Shown here piece by piece: positions 10,399 through 22,400 of a DNA stretch of 64,000 bases; within the stretch, counting starts at the first letter, position 1, and every line of letters starts with the position of its first letter. Location: assembly GCA_010909165.1 (NCBI GenBank), contig MU008196.1, positions 650,177 through 714,176 on the forward strand. Direction: 5' to 3'. Below the pieces are notes generated by a model. That model was not told where the DNA came from. It ran no database searches and saw only the letters and a program-made list of their open reading frames with translations. A program made the translations under genes and the position numbers. This stretch comes from Anthoceros angustus. Taxonomy: Eukaryota > Plantae > Anthocerotophyta.

Positions 10399-11793
10399 TG
10401 TTAGAAATAAAGCCAATGCTTCGGCTAAGTAACGTTGGTTTAGGTTAAGTTTGGTTAGTTCTAGGGTTTGCTATTACAGAAACATATAAAAAACCATTTG
10501 TAACTTTTTCATTTATTTTAAAGTTTATTATTTTGGTTCTGCACACGATTGCTCCACCGAAAACAAACATGGTATCAGAGCTGCCTCTTGCTCTTCTCCA
10601 GAATTCCTAACAATGCCGAGGCGGGGGAATCTTGGCAGAGGACCTCGCAGAGGAAGATTTGGTGGCGGCTATGCAAGGCGCATTCTCGCACCACAACGAT
10701 CCATTCACATTCATGAAGGACCTCTTCCCCTGGAGACTTTACTTGACCTCTAGAACGACACTCACCCCTGACCGAGAGACTTCATGAACAGAATCACTGT
10801 AGAGGAGGATGCCGACAATCCCGCCACCAATTAGAGAGGAATGGAAGGTCGGAGGTGCGCAAGCGCCCGCATGAGCACAAGAGGACGCGCCTGGGGACCA
10901 TCGAAAGCACCGCATGACTTAATCTTTAGGGAGTGCGCGCGGTGCAATGAGGGGGGGAGTAGCCCAGCCTCATCTCGCCATGCCTGTGTCCAGATCCCAC
11001 CGCAGCCAGAGTTGTTTGCGTTCCGCCCCGCCATCACGCCGCTGGAGCCTAAGGGGACGCCACGATAGAAGCTGAGGCGCACACCTCGAACATTGCGGAA
11101 TTTCAGTGCTTGGAATCCATGCCTGCCCGCCGCCGTGGTGTGTGTGGATGGCCCGATGAACTGCACCGCGCCTCACTCTACTAGTTCATCAAGTGCGCCT
11201 CACGCCAAGGTGCCAACTCTTCCTTGTTTTTTCCTTTTTCCGTGTGTGCCCCTTCGCAGTAGTGGCTCATTCCTAATCTTGAGGTAGCCAGACTTAACTA
11301 ATGCTGTGTGTCAATGTAGATGTCAATGGGCGCCACATAGAGTATGTTAGAAATAAAGCCAATGCTTCGGCTAAGTAACGTTGGTTTAGGTTAAGTTTGG
11401 TTAGTTCTAGGGTTTGCTATTACAGAAACATATAAAAAACCATTTGTAACTTTTTCATTTATTTTAAAGTTTATTATTTTGGTTCCGCAGACACGATTGC
11501 TCCAATCGAAAACAAACATGGTATCGAGCTGCCTCTTGCTCTTCCGAGACTCCTAATAATGCCGAGGCGGGGAATTCGCAGGACCTCGCAGAGGAAGATT
11601 TGGTGGCGGCTATGCAAGGCGCATTCTCGCACCACAACGATCCATTCACATTCATGAAGGACCTCTTCCCCTGGAGACTTTACTTGACCTCTACGAGAAC
11701 GATTACCCCTACCTCGGACTGAGAGACTTCGCGAACAGGAATTCGAATAGAGAGGAGGATCGTCGACAATCCCGCCACCAATTAGAGAGGAAT
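9893..11793. repeat. Local tandem duplication D1 (about 950 bp x2), junction near 10841
   Basis: 9893-10841 is repeated at 10842-11793; junction microhomology GAGAG(G)AAT; single copy in B. Confidence 0.85.
10570..10581 (+). promoter_or_regulatory. Primer-binding site complementary to the 3' end of tRNA-iMet
   Basis: Exact TGGTATCAGAGC right after an LTR end in CA. Confidence 0.9.
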
Positions 11794-12009
11794 CAGGAAG
11801 TTCACTCTCTCTATCGGGCGAGATGCCTTGAGAGGGGACAGAACCCCGACATGCGTTACACGGGCCCTGACGGGTCCTTCACCCTTGCGCAGCTAAGGCT
11901 AGACTCGCAGCGACACGCTCCATCAGAACCTACAAACAAATCCAAGGATGATCAACTCACCTCAGATGAGATCTAGTGCAGCTATAAGGATGGAACAAAC
12001 CTTGTCGCT

Positions 12010-13125
12010 ACCATCTCAAGCGGGAGAAATTGAAGAGTCAATTTTATGGATCCGAGTACCTCTCAGGGCAAGCAATTTCTACAAGTTCAAGCGTCATTTA
12101 GCGACAGATTGCTGAGATCTAAGACTCCCTGAGGACGATGGAGATCGGCCACTGCTCGAGCCAACGCCGCCCCGCCAGGCGAAAATTCCTTAGCTGATCG
12201 CCTGCTACCCCCGCTACTGGAAAGGCACGAGGCCTCGCCGAGGAGAATTGGAACGTCACCAAGCCATCCGGAGCGCCCAAGCGGCAGGAACACGTTGGCT
12301 TAGCTCCGAATGGTCGCGGGCCCCCATCATGCCTCCTCGGCTCCCCAGGGTTTACACCCCTTCACCTGAAACCCTCTCAATGGAGGGAACGCGCACATGA
12401 GCAGTACCTTAGTTAGTTTTTTTTCTAGGTCAGACACATACAGTATTTGCAAGTCTACTCACTTGTGATACTTGTTGACTGCTTGGAAATTGCTGCATGT
12501 CGGCTGATGACTAACCCCGCAGTAGACGAGCAGGCGGGGTGAAGCCTCGTGGCGAACCACACATCGTGCTGATCCCACACCACCCCACGCCTCATCTCAA
12601 GCGGGAGAAATTGAAGAGTCAATTTGCGGATCCGAGTACCTCTCGAGCAAGCAATTTCTGAAGTTCAAGCGTCATTTAGCGGCTGATTGCTGAGATCTAA
12701 GACTCACGGACGATGGAGATTCATGCTCGGTGAGCCGCCCCGAGCTGGGAAATTCCTTAGCTGATCGCTTACTCCCCGGAAGGGGCACGAGGCCTCGCCG
12801 AGAGAATTGGAACGCCACCAAGCCATCCGAGCCCAAGCGGGAACGTTAACAGCTCAATAATTGTGGCCCCATCATGCCTCCTCGGCTCCCGAGGTTTACA
12901 CCCTTCACCAAACCCTCTCAATGGAGGGCAGCGCACATGAGCAGTACCTTAGTTAGTTTTTTTTCTAGGTCGACACCTCACAGATTTGCAAGTCTACTCA
13001 CTTGTGATACTTGTTGTTGTGATGCCATCGCAGTTATTAACATGGAGAGCGGGGTCTAGGAGGGGTGAAGCCTCTGGAACCACACATCGTAGATGCGTTG
13101 ATCCCACACAAGCACCACCCTACGC
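12010..13125. repeat. Local tandem duplication D2 (about 560 bp x2), junction near 12590
   Basis: CATCTCAAGCGGGAGAAATTGAAGAGTC near 12012 and 12593; microhomology CGCC(C)T(C)ATC; single copy in B. Confidence 0.85.
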
Positions 13126-13638
13126 CCTATCCCCTGCACGTGCTAGGTTAGTTTGTACCCCTACTAGAAAAGGCAGCCTATGTTACAGTCGTTGTTGCAA
13201 TTTTATGTTACACTTCCAAATTGCAACATGCTATGTAGGCTTGGTATTAAGTCTGACACTATTCCCTTCTCATGCTATCACCATCTTAACACGCACCTGG
13301 CTCTCTCTCTCATCACCTCGCCCTCCTAAGTACACCCTCCCTCTCGTAAGCATTGTTTATTATTTCAAACACATACAATGAAAACCTGCTTATGTTACAA
13401 TCCTTTGTTACAATTTCATGCAACACTTTCCATGTGGAACACCCAAAAAGTTAGTTGGCTTGGTGTTAAGTTTGTGATTTTCTCCTCCCCCTTCTCTCAC
13501 CATCTTAACAACATGCAAGTGGTCTCTTGACCTTACACCTCACCATTAAGACCATCTCATTAAGGTTGTTGGTTTGGTGTTAAGTTTGTGATTGTCTTCT
13601 CCACTTTCTCTTAATAAGAGAAAGTGGAGAAGAAAGTG

Positions 13639-15258
13639 GCGTCTGTTTAGAAAGGGGTTTCTCCTGTCAAAAGGGGTTTTGGAAAAAATCCCAACCCTAT
13701 TTCACGGAACCGGTTGGTTTGGTTTTGTTGGTTTTGTAGGTGTTCATCCATCGGTTTCGGGCATTCTCGGCCTCCCACCACTGCCGAGTCATTTACACCT
13801 GGCGCCTTATACTCGTTCATGGCGATTTAGTCGGTGTGATGAAGGGCGATGACCTCATTGTTCCATAATTTCGCCATGTCCGTAGTTTCGTGATTTTGTG
13901 TGGTTTTGTATGTTTTGTATACCGGGGCCTAGGCGCGCATAAGTGCGCCTAAACAACGCTTATGTGCAAACTTGTGCATGCACTGCAAAAAGAACGCTAA
14001 AATGATCTTCTAATGGGAAGCATGTCCTTTTGGCGGTCGAGGATGCCGAACTCCCACAAAATAACAAGTAGCGTACATCATGGAGGTTCACCTAGACCAC
14101 TCTTATATACCTATCCTATGCCCTAATGCGACGAAGAACACCCTATCCCTTTTTATTCTTTACGGTGTTTAGTCTCTTTCGTGATGACCTAGTACCGGTT
14201 ATCATCAAAACATGCTAGGGGCCCACTGGGTGAACAAGTGCATGCACCAGGGGCAGGGGCCATACTGCGCACCACGGGCAAGGCCCGGTGTGCAGGGGCA
14301 GGAGGCACGGGCAGACTGGTGCAGTGCCAGCGCACTGTGCAAGGAGGCGCACACACAAGTGCACGCACCCAAGGTCAAGAAGGGCCTGGGAGCATGAACC
14401 CAAATGGTTCATGCCTCCTAGTGCATTCCTGCACGGTTCATCCAAAGAAAAAGAGCAAAAGTCTAAAACCCTAAAACCCTAAAAATTACAAAAGTCCAGT
14501 TTTTGAGGCAAGTGCGCGACTTTTCTAAAATTTTGACAAATTTTTGCATTTTTGTATTTTTTGATATTTTTGTTGTTTTAAAGGGTTCCTTTCGACGCTT
14601 TCAACCTTTTTGTGCAGCACCCTAATGTGGATATGTTCTTATCTTTACTTAACCCTCATCTTTTTCTAGTGGTTAAAACTTTGAACTAGTAGTGAGAACC
14701 TTTTGCATCTTTTGAATCTTGAGACGCTTACGGGCCCGCCCAAGTGCGTACCATGCCACTCTCATTCTCGCACTAGGCGTGGATCAAGAGCATCAGGCCA
14801 AAGAAGATATTATTGTCCCAATGTCTAAGGAACAAAGTCCCGTGAAATTTTGAGCGAGAGTATAGTCATAGGATTGACTAGTATGAATGAAAGGTGCGCA
14901 AACAAGTTTGCACTGCACAATTACAGAAGCCCTAAAAACTCTAAATGTTTAGATATCGCTCAACACCGCAATGATTGCCGATGTTGAGACTGCTTAAAGG
15001 CGCGCGATAAGTTTGCGCAATTTTGTGTCCAGTTTGAAAGAAAAAGCCGAACGAGAATGGGACTTTAGGTTTTGCCACGACTTGCAATCTACAATCTCAA
15101 ATAACGTGTATCAAAACAATTATTCAAAGGTTGCGTAACATGTCTCAGCAGAGAAATATCAAAAAGCCCGATTATAGTGCGGATTTTTCAAGTGTAAGCA
15201 AAGGGTCCGCCAGTCTCAGGCAAAAGGGGTTTGTGGAGAAACCCTTTCTAAACAGAGC
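13639..15258. mobile_element. Non-autonomous TIR DNA element, PIF/Harbinger-like termini
   Basis: GCGTCTGTTTAGAAAGGGGTTTCTCC at 13639 and GGAGAAACCCTTTCTAAACAGA near 15235-15256 are inverted copies (the B copy ends AAACAGACGC at 41818). No transposase; TSD not resolved. Confidence 0.5.
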
Positions 15259-15599
15259 TGTTTACCATCTTAATAACCTCGGCTTCGTCTCTCCTTTCAC
15301 CTCTTCACTCTAGTTAATTGCTCCAAAGATGACACCCATTTTTTTATTGTTTCCCTCTTTGTGTTGCAACATGACTGGGACAATGAGCTCCCCTCTCCCA
15401 CTAGTATTTTATTCTTCCCCTGTTGCTTTTCCTACATGGCAGTAATCAGGAACTCTATCTCTCTCCCTGTGGGTATCAATCTCTTTCCATCTTACCTCCT
15501 TTGCATAGCTATGAATTTGTAATCTACATTCCCTCTTCAATGCACACTTGTGTCCACACCTGGTTTTGTTTTTAAGCCCCATATACACAACTGAAACTC

Positions 15600-15860
15600 T
15601 TTTTATTACCTGATTATGTATAGTAGGATTCTAGATTATTTATATGTCTATCTATATATACGGTTGGCAGGCCGACTTGTTCTGTATAATCCTATATATA
15701 TGACTGAAACACGTATTTATATATGTATATATATTTTTATACTTATAATGAATACATATTCTTTATCTATAGGTACAAAATCATAGGTATCTAACCATGG
15801 CATAGTTATAAGTATAAACCTCATACATTAATATATACCCCATGTCATATACCAATCAAA
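15600..15860. repeat. AT-rich, TA-microsatellite-like low-complexity tract
   Basis: TATATATGTATATATATTTTTATAC; copies also at about 16935-17120 and about 42200-42400. Confidence 0.7.
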
Positions 15861-18215
15861 ACACCGATTACGCGACATGCATTCTTCCAACGCCCCTTGC
15901 TTTTTCCCAAAGTGCCTTTTCGCCATGTATACGAACATGCGGCTGACGATGATCACCCTGCTCTTCCAAAGGTGACTGGTGACACTACACAGGATGACGA
16001 AACTGAAGCCAATGAAGAGCCTCCTCAAGTCCTACGTTGGTCTACTAGACACCGTCCTCCAAGGTCAGAGTGGAAAGAGCCTCCGTATGTTGCAGGTATT
16101 GCTGTAGAGGAACCACTTTTTCCACCTGCTCATGTTTTTAGTGCTGTAGAATCATTAGGTGAACCTGCCACCTATAGAGAAGCTATTGAAGGGCCTGAAT
16201 CTTCCTTTTGGCAGAAGGCTATTGAGTCTGAATATCAATCCCTCATTTCTCATAAAACTTGGGTTCTTGTAGATCTCCTCGGTCAGAAACCGCCTGTTTG
16301 TAAGTGGGTCTTCAAAAAAACTCAATACATGGTAGTGTTGGTAGGTATAAGGCTCGTGGCAAAGGGATATAGTCAAGTAGCGGTTAGACTACAATGAAAC
16401 ATTTGCTTGTTAAGTCTACTTCCATAAGAATACTCCTTGCCCTTGCCTCACTACAATCTCCTCGACATCGCTTAGACGTAAAACCGCTTTAATGGCACCT
16501 TAGATGAGGTCATCTACATGGCTCAACCTAAGGTTTTATTATAGACCCTAATAAAGTATGTCAACTTTTAAAACACTTTATGGTCTTAAATAAATTCCTG
16601 CATGGAATGAAGTGTTTCATGCATTGCTCATAGAATTGGGTTTCACATGTTTGACGATAGCACAGATATATTTTATGGGATGACAATGATTTTATCATTT
16701 TAACTGCTTATGTGGATGATAATATTTTATTTAGCACTTCACCAACTCTTATGGCAAGAATGAAAGATTTTTGGCGAGGTTTGATATGATTTGGGGTGCT
16801 TATCTTTTCTCTTGGCATTCAATTCCATTTTAACACGCGATAACACTATTGATATTCATCAAGAGCATTTTGTACATCAACTACTTAAGAGGTTCAAGAT
16901 GGAGGATGCACGATCAAGAAGCACACCTATGTCTATCTATATATACTGTGTGCCGACTTGTTCTCAGATAATCCTATATATGACCTAAACACGTATTTAT
17001 ATATGTATATATATTTTTATACTTATAATGAATACATATTCTTTATCTATAGGTACAAAATCATAGGTATCTAACCATGGCATAGTTATAAGTATAAACC
17101 TCATACATTAATATATACCTCATCACATATACCACCAAACACTGCACATGCGCATTACGTTTCTTCCAACGTCCCCCTTTGCGCGTTTTTCCCAAAGCAG
17201 CCTTTCGCTTCGTATACGAACATGCGGCTGACGATGATCACCCTGCTCTTCCAAAGGTGACTGGTGACACTACACAGGATGACGAAACTGAAGCCAATGA
17301 AGAGCCTCCTCAAGTCCTACGTTGGTCTACTAGACACCGCCCTCCAAGGTCGAGTGGAAAGAGCCTCAAGGTGTGTATTGTCAGAGGAACCACTTTTTCC
17401 ACCGCCATGTTTTAGTGTTGTAGACTCATTAGGTGAACCCGCCACCTATAGAGAAGCTATTGAAGGGCCCAAGCTTCCTTTTGTAAGGCTATTGAGTCCG
17501 AATATCAATCTCTCATTTCTAATAAAACTTGGGTTCTTGTAGATCTCCTCCCGGTCAAACCGTTGCTTGTAAGTGGGTCTTCAAAAAACTCAATACAGAT
17601 GGTAGTGTTGGTAGGTATAAGGCTCCCCTCGTGGCAAAGGGATATAGTCAAGTAGGGTTAGACTACAATGAAACATTTGCCCCTTGTTAAGTCTACTTCC
17701 ATAAGAATACTCCTTGCCCTTGCTCACTACAATCTCGTACATCGCTTAGACGAAAAACTGCTTTTCTTAATGGCACCTTAGATGAGGTCATCTACATGGC
17801 TCAACCGAAGGTTTTATTATAGACCCTAATAAAGTATGTCAACTTTTAAAACACTTTATGGTCTTAAAGTTGCATGGAATGAAGTGTTTCATGCATTGCT
17901 CATAGAATTGGGTTTCACATGTTTGACGCCGATAGCAACAGATATATTTTATGGGATGACAATGATTTTATCATTTTAACTGCTTATGTGGATGATAATA
18001 TTTTATTTAGCACTTCACCAACTCTTATGGCAAGAATGAAAGCACTTTTGGCGAGGTTTGATATGACCGATTTGGGGCGCTTATCTTTTCTCTTGGCATT
18101 CAATTCCATTTTAACACTCGCGATAACACTATTGATATTCATCAAGAGCATTTTGTACATCAACTACTTAAGAGGTTCAAGATGGAGGATGCACGATCAA
18201 GAAGCACACCTATGT
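15643..18215. repeat. Local tandem duplication D3 (about 1290 bp x2), junction near 16932
   Basis: RT breaks at GCACACCTATGT and restarts at CTATCTATATATAC; TATGT microhomology; single copy in B. Confidence 0.85.
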
Positions 18216-19316
18216 TCAGGTGAAAAGCTATCTAAGGAACAATGCCCGACAACAAGAAGAAAAGGCCGAGATGGCACTCAAGCTCACCGACAAGTCGCTG
18301 GTTGTTTAATCTATCTATCGTTGGACTAGATTAGACATCACACGCGCTAGTAATGTAAGTCTTTTAGAGAACCACAGCTTGCCACATTAAAGAAGAAGAA
18401 TTTTAGGTACCTCAAAGGAACAAAGATGCAAAAGGTTTACGCTTTTCTAAGCAAACCGATGGTTTGGCCTAATGTCCTTTGTGATGCCGATGGCTGGTGA
18501 CCCACACTAGACGTAGTATTGCCCATCGTATATTTTAGGTGGATCGCTTATCTCTTGGTCAAGTAAAAGCTCACTACTATTTGTCTTTCCTCTACCAATA
18601 TGGTGCCAAGGACACAAGTCGCTAGAGAGGTTATTTGATTAGATCTTTCTTAAGTGGACTTAAGCAGCTTCATGAAGGACCAACTCAGCTTTGTGCGACA
18701 ACCAATGGCCATTGCTTTATCAAGAATCCAGCTTTTCATGCTAGAAGTAAGCATATCGAGATTGCTCATCATTTTATAAGACAAGCAGGCGAAAGAGGTA
18801 ATAGTGGACTATGTTGCCACTTTAAAATGTGGCTGACCTTTTGACAAAGTCTTTGCCAAAGTTGGTACATGAGAAACATACTTTGGCACTGGCTAATTTA
18901 TACCGTGAGCAAAGCAGAATGTCATTAGTTGATTTCTTTCATCCGGCTTGGTGATTGGATGAAGCCTTATTGTGTTATGTGATCGCCACACTTGTCGGAA
19001 CTCTTTTCTGCTTATATCGTGGGAGTACACTTTCTATTATGAAGTCAATTTTCAAGATATTTTCAAGCTTATCAATTAACTCCTAATTGCAACTAAGTGA
19101 GAGTAATGGAATATAGCTTATTTTGGAATAAATATGTGTTAAAACATAATAGTTATTTCAGTTACAATTAAATTAGGTTTAGTTTTATTATTCGTTAATT
19201 AATAACCATCAATAACCGTTTTTGTATAAGACCCTTTTTTTGTGTGTAATTTGTATCATCTTACGATTCCAACTTGCTCTTGTCCCTCTTGCTTACCTCT
19301 CCCACGATCTTCACAC
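15870..19316 (+). mobile_element. Ty1/Copia family C4: RT-RNase H, PPT and 3' LTR (about 19107-19316), 5'-truncated
   Basis: [67 protein letters not shown]; TAAGTGAGAG then TGGAATATAG..CTTCACA. Confidence 0.85.
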
Positions 19317-20416
19317 ATGGCCAGCAACAGCCTGGACTTCATTTCCTCAATAACAAATCTGCTAGCAAAGAAGTTTAAGATGTCAGATCTTGGCCCTCTT
19401 CAAAGCTGCCTTGGTATTCACATTCAGCGAAATCGGGAGAAGAGGGTGCTTACCTCAACTTAGCCTAGATATCTCTTGGAGAGTGCAGAGCAGCTTGGAC
19501 TCAAGGATGCAAAGGCTGCTGCCACACCACTTCCAAGTGGGTTGAAGCTAAGTAGAGAGATGTCTCCTGTCACACAATCTGCGAAGGATGACATGAGGAA
19601 TGTACCCTATCGACAGGGCATTGGCAAACTCATCTATGCTGCCAACACTACACGCCCTGAGGTAGCATTTTCCACAAGTGCATTGTTGCAGTATTTGGAA
19701 AATCCTGGACAGACCCACTGGACATGTGTCAAAAGAGTCTTTAGATATATGAAGGGCACATCTAATAGAGGCATAGTATATGCACACAAGGAGGGTGTAG
19801 CACCGACTCGAGGTTTACACGCACTTCGATTACGAGGACATCGAATAATACCCACTAGGCCGTTTCAGCTTTTAGCGGCCCTATTTGCTGGTCGAGTAAG
19901 GTAACAGCCAACAACAAGGCTCCTCAAGTATGCAAGCTGAAAGGTAGTGCTTAAAGAACTTGCAAAGGAGGTGATTTGAAGCCGCTCTTCTCGTAGCTTG
20001 GGATCCACCACCAACCCGCATCACGATCAAAAATGCATAAACTGTGCTCAATATCGTTAGCGTAAAAATCGTGTTTCATTCAAGAAACCAAAACATGGAG
20101 CATCACCGATACGAGAACCTGCCGCGGTGCACAATTACTTTAGAATACGTCCCCACCAGGAAACCCATTAGATATTCTCACAAAAGCTCTAGGAAAGGAG
20201 CTACGAAAACATGTGAAGAGTTTAGGGCTAGGAGACTCCTCGGAGTTCCTAGGCCACAGCAAGTCCTCCTAAGCTCACATGGCTCTAGTAGCATGCACTA
20301 AAGCTATCAGAAGCATAGTCAGAGGAAACATATGTCTCTTTGGTGCGCATGGAAAGTGATCCATAGGTGGATGTTTCTGATGAGAATCACGCATAAAACA
20401 CACTTGCAAAGAGCAT
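19317..20416 (+). mobile_element. Ty1/Copia family C3: RT C-terminus and RNase H fragment
   Basis: FKMSDLGPLQSCLGIHI, PYRQGIGKLIYAANTTRPEVAF, HWTCVKRVFRYMKGT, FHSRTKH, DILTKAL (B copy). Confidence 0.85.
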
Positions 20417-22400
20417 TGTAGGATTGCATTAATTATAATAGAAAGTACAATGCCTTAAATAGGCAGGGTGGTGGCAACCACTTATTGTTGCAACCATAAG
20501 TTGTTGTAACCATAAGTAGTTACAACTATAAGTTGTTGTAACAACTAACAACTAACTACCTAAGCAACTAATCCTTGTCCTAGGTATTAAATAATGTTAA
20601 TGAATAGTGCCCTAAACCTTGTGTATTTCATCACTCCCACTCACTATGAAATAGGGGTGAAAACTAGCTTCAAAATGAGTCCTAATAGGCTAGTGGACTC
20701 CCACTAGGTAGGAAGTTAGAAGCTAATTCAGAAAAGCATAAAATATTAAGCTAATGAAATTGATTAACCTAATTAAGAATGAACTAAAGAAATTTTGGTG
20801 AAACAAAATCGCTTTGAAAATAAACTTAAGTGAATGTGCGGTGTATGTCCATCCCTCCCACCCCACGCACATATAATAAGGAGGGGAGGGGAGGGCATGG
20901 CGCTATAACCACCTTCCGCCTCCGCCGGCAATAAGGTGCTACGCATGAAGTGCGTGGGTAAGGAGCATCATGGCTGCGCGGCCGCACACGCAAGATGTTA
21001 TAACACGCGCATTGCACACGCTGCCGCCCACAAGAGCTGCATGGGCGGATTGGCAGCAAGACACTTGAGAGTGCACGCTAATCTCTTGCAAATTGCTCCC
21101 AGAACCAAGAAATTTCAAAGGTTTGTCCCTCCGACCGCAATCGAGAAGGCAGCCTGTGAGGCTCCCACTTGGGAGGACGCCCTCACGATGATGGTGGTGC
21201 CATAAATTGCTGGTCCTAAGTGTGATGCGCAGACGATTGGAGAATCACGCCTGGAAAGATTCCCCGAAGTCGGCGGAGCCATCCGATGCTCCATGGAGTG
21301 GTCGGCGGAACCACATGAAGCTGGTGGAAATGAAAAGAGCCAACTGGGCCGTTCAAAATTGCTCGAGAGGATGCAGACTCCGCCCGCCATCGCCGGTGTA
21401 TACGCCATCTGGTCCTATGTATGCCCATTCATGTTTATCTCTCCTCCTCGCACTCGAGAATGATGATCCCGCAGAATAGAAGATCCAGCTCCCCATATTG
21501 TAGAAATAAGCACGATGAAAGGCATTGTGAGGCACCATGAGATGAAGCCGAGGGCCCATCAAGGAAGCCCATCCTCGCAGCGGTGGTGCGCAGAGATATC
21601 GTGGCGTATGTTGAACACATCAAGAAATGGCCAAATATGCAAAAGTACGATGTCCTAGATCTGCTCTTAATATCGAAACAAAATCATTAATGTCGAAATA
21701 AATAGGATGCCGGATGTGCGGTGATATGAAACAGAGGATGATGGAAATGGAAGCACAGGAGAGGATGGATAAAGGTATCCAAGAGAAAATTGGAAGAATA
21801 ATCAAGGTGAGAGTAAGAAGAAGTGGTAAACTCAATATCAAAATTAAAGTTTTATGTGATAAGTGAAAACTAAAGCATGATTATTGTGATTAGGTAAGGA
21901 GAAGTGCGAGATATTAGAGGATTAGCTAGCTGTCCCTACGAGACCTAACAAGTGCTAGAAAGGACAAGTATGACATACCCGAGGTAGTATTGCCACCACT
22001 AAAATTCTAATTGAAAATGTTAATCTATCCCGGGATATAGAGAATGCAGATACCGGAAGAATATGTATGCTTAGTGAAACGGGAATCCATATGGTGTGGA
22101 TTGGTTATGAGCCATGTAAGGAGTACAAGGGCCATGTGAAGCGCACATATTGTGAGTATGAAACAAAACTAAAAGTTAGTAAAAAGTATGTGAATTTTTA
22201 AAACTTAAATACTAAAAATTGATCAGGTTCAATGTGGGCACTCAGCGAGGAAGAGATGACATATGCAGAAGATTCTCTAGAGATAGATAATGAACTGAAT
22301 TATTTAGACAAAATACTAGACCTCTAGAAAAATGAAGGTAGATTTAGGATGATTTGGGCTTGATGTCTAAGACCCCTAAACTCTTCATATATGCTTGCTA
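20417..22400 (-). mobile_element. LTR element E3: 3' LTR (20417-20630), PPT and internal region with an antisense ORF remnant
   Basis: Minus strand GTGAGTGGGAGTGA then TGAAATACAC..AATCCTACA. The internal part is repeated at 22666-24330 (D4). Confidence 0.7.

Larger units (their letters stand above)
10399..13130 (+). mobile_element. LTR element E2: 5' LTR (10399-10569), tRNA-iMet PBS and a degenerate non-gag ORF
   Basis: TGTTAGAAATAAAG..AAACAAACA is followed directly by TGGTATCAGAGC; ATG at 10613 starts MPRRGNLGRGPRRGRFGGGY. The LTR is repeated at 11345-11518 through local duplication D1. No 3' LTR was seen. Confidence 0.7.

Noticed and set aside
10570-10581. tRNA gene
   Set aside because: Only the 12-nt PBS complement is present; no cloverleaf or A/B boxes.
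14465-14484. AAAACCCTAAAACCCTAAAA as an interstitial telomere
   Set aside because: Only two units, inside a TE, and degraded in copy B near 41030.
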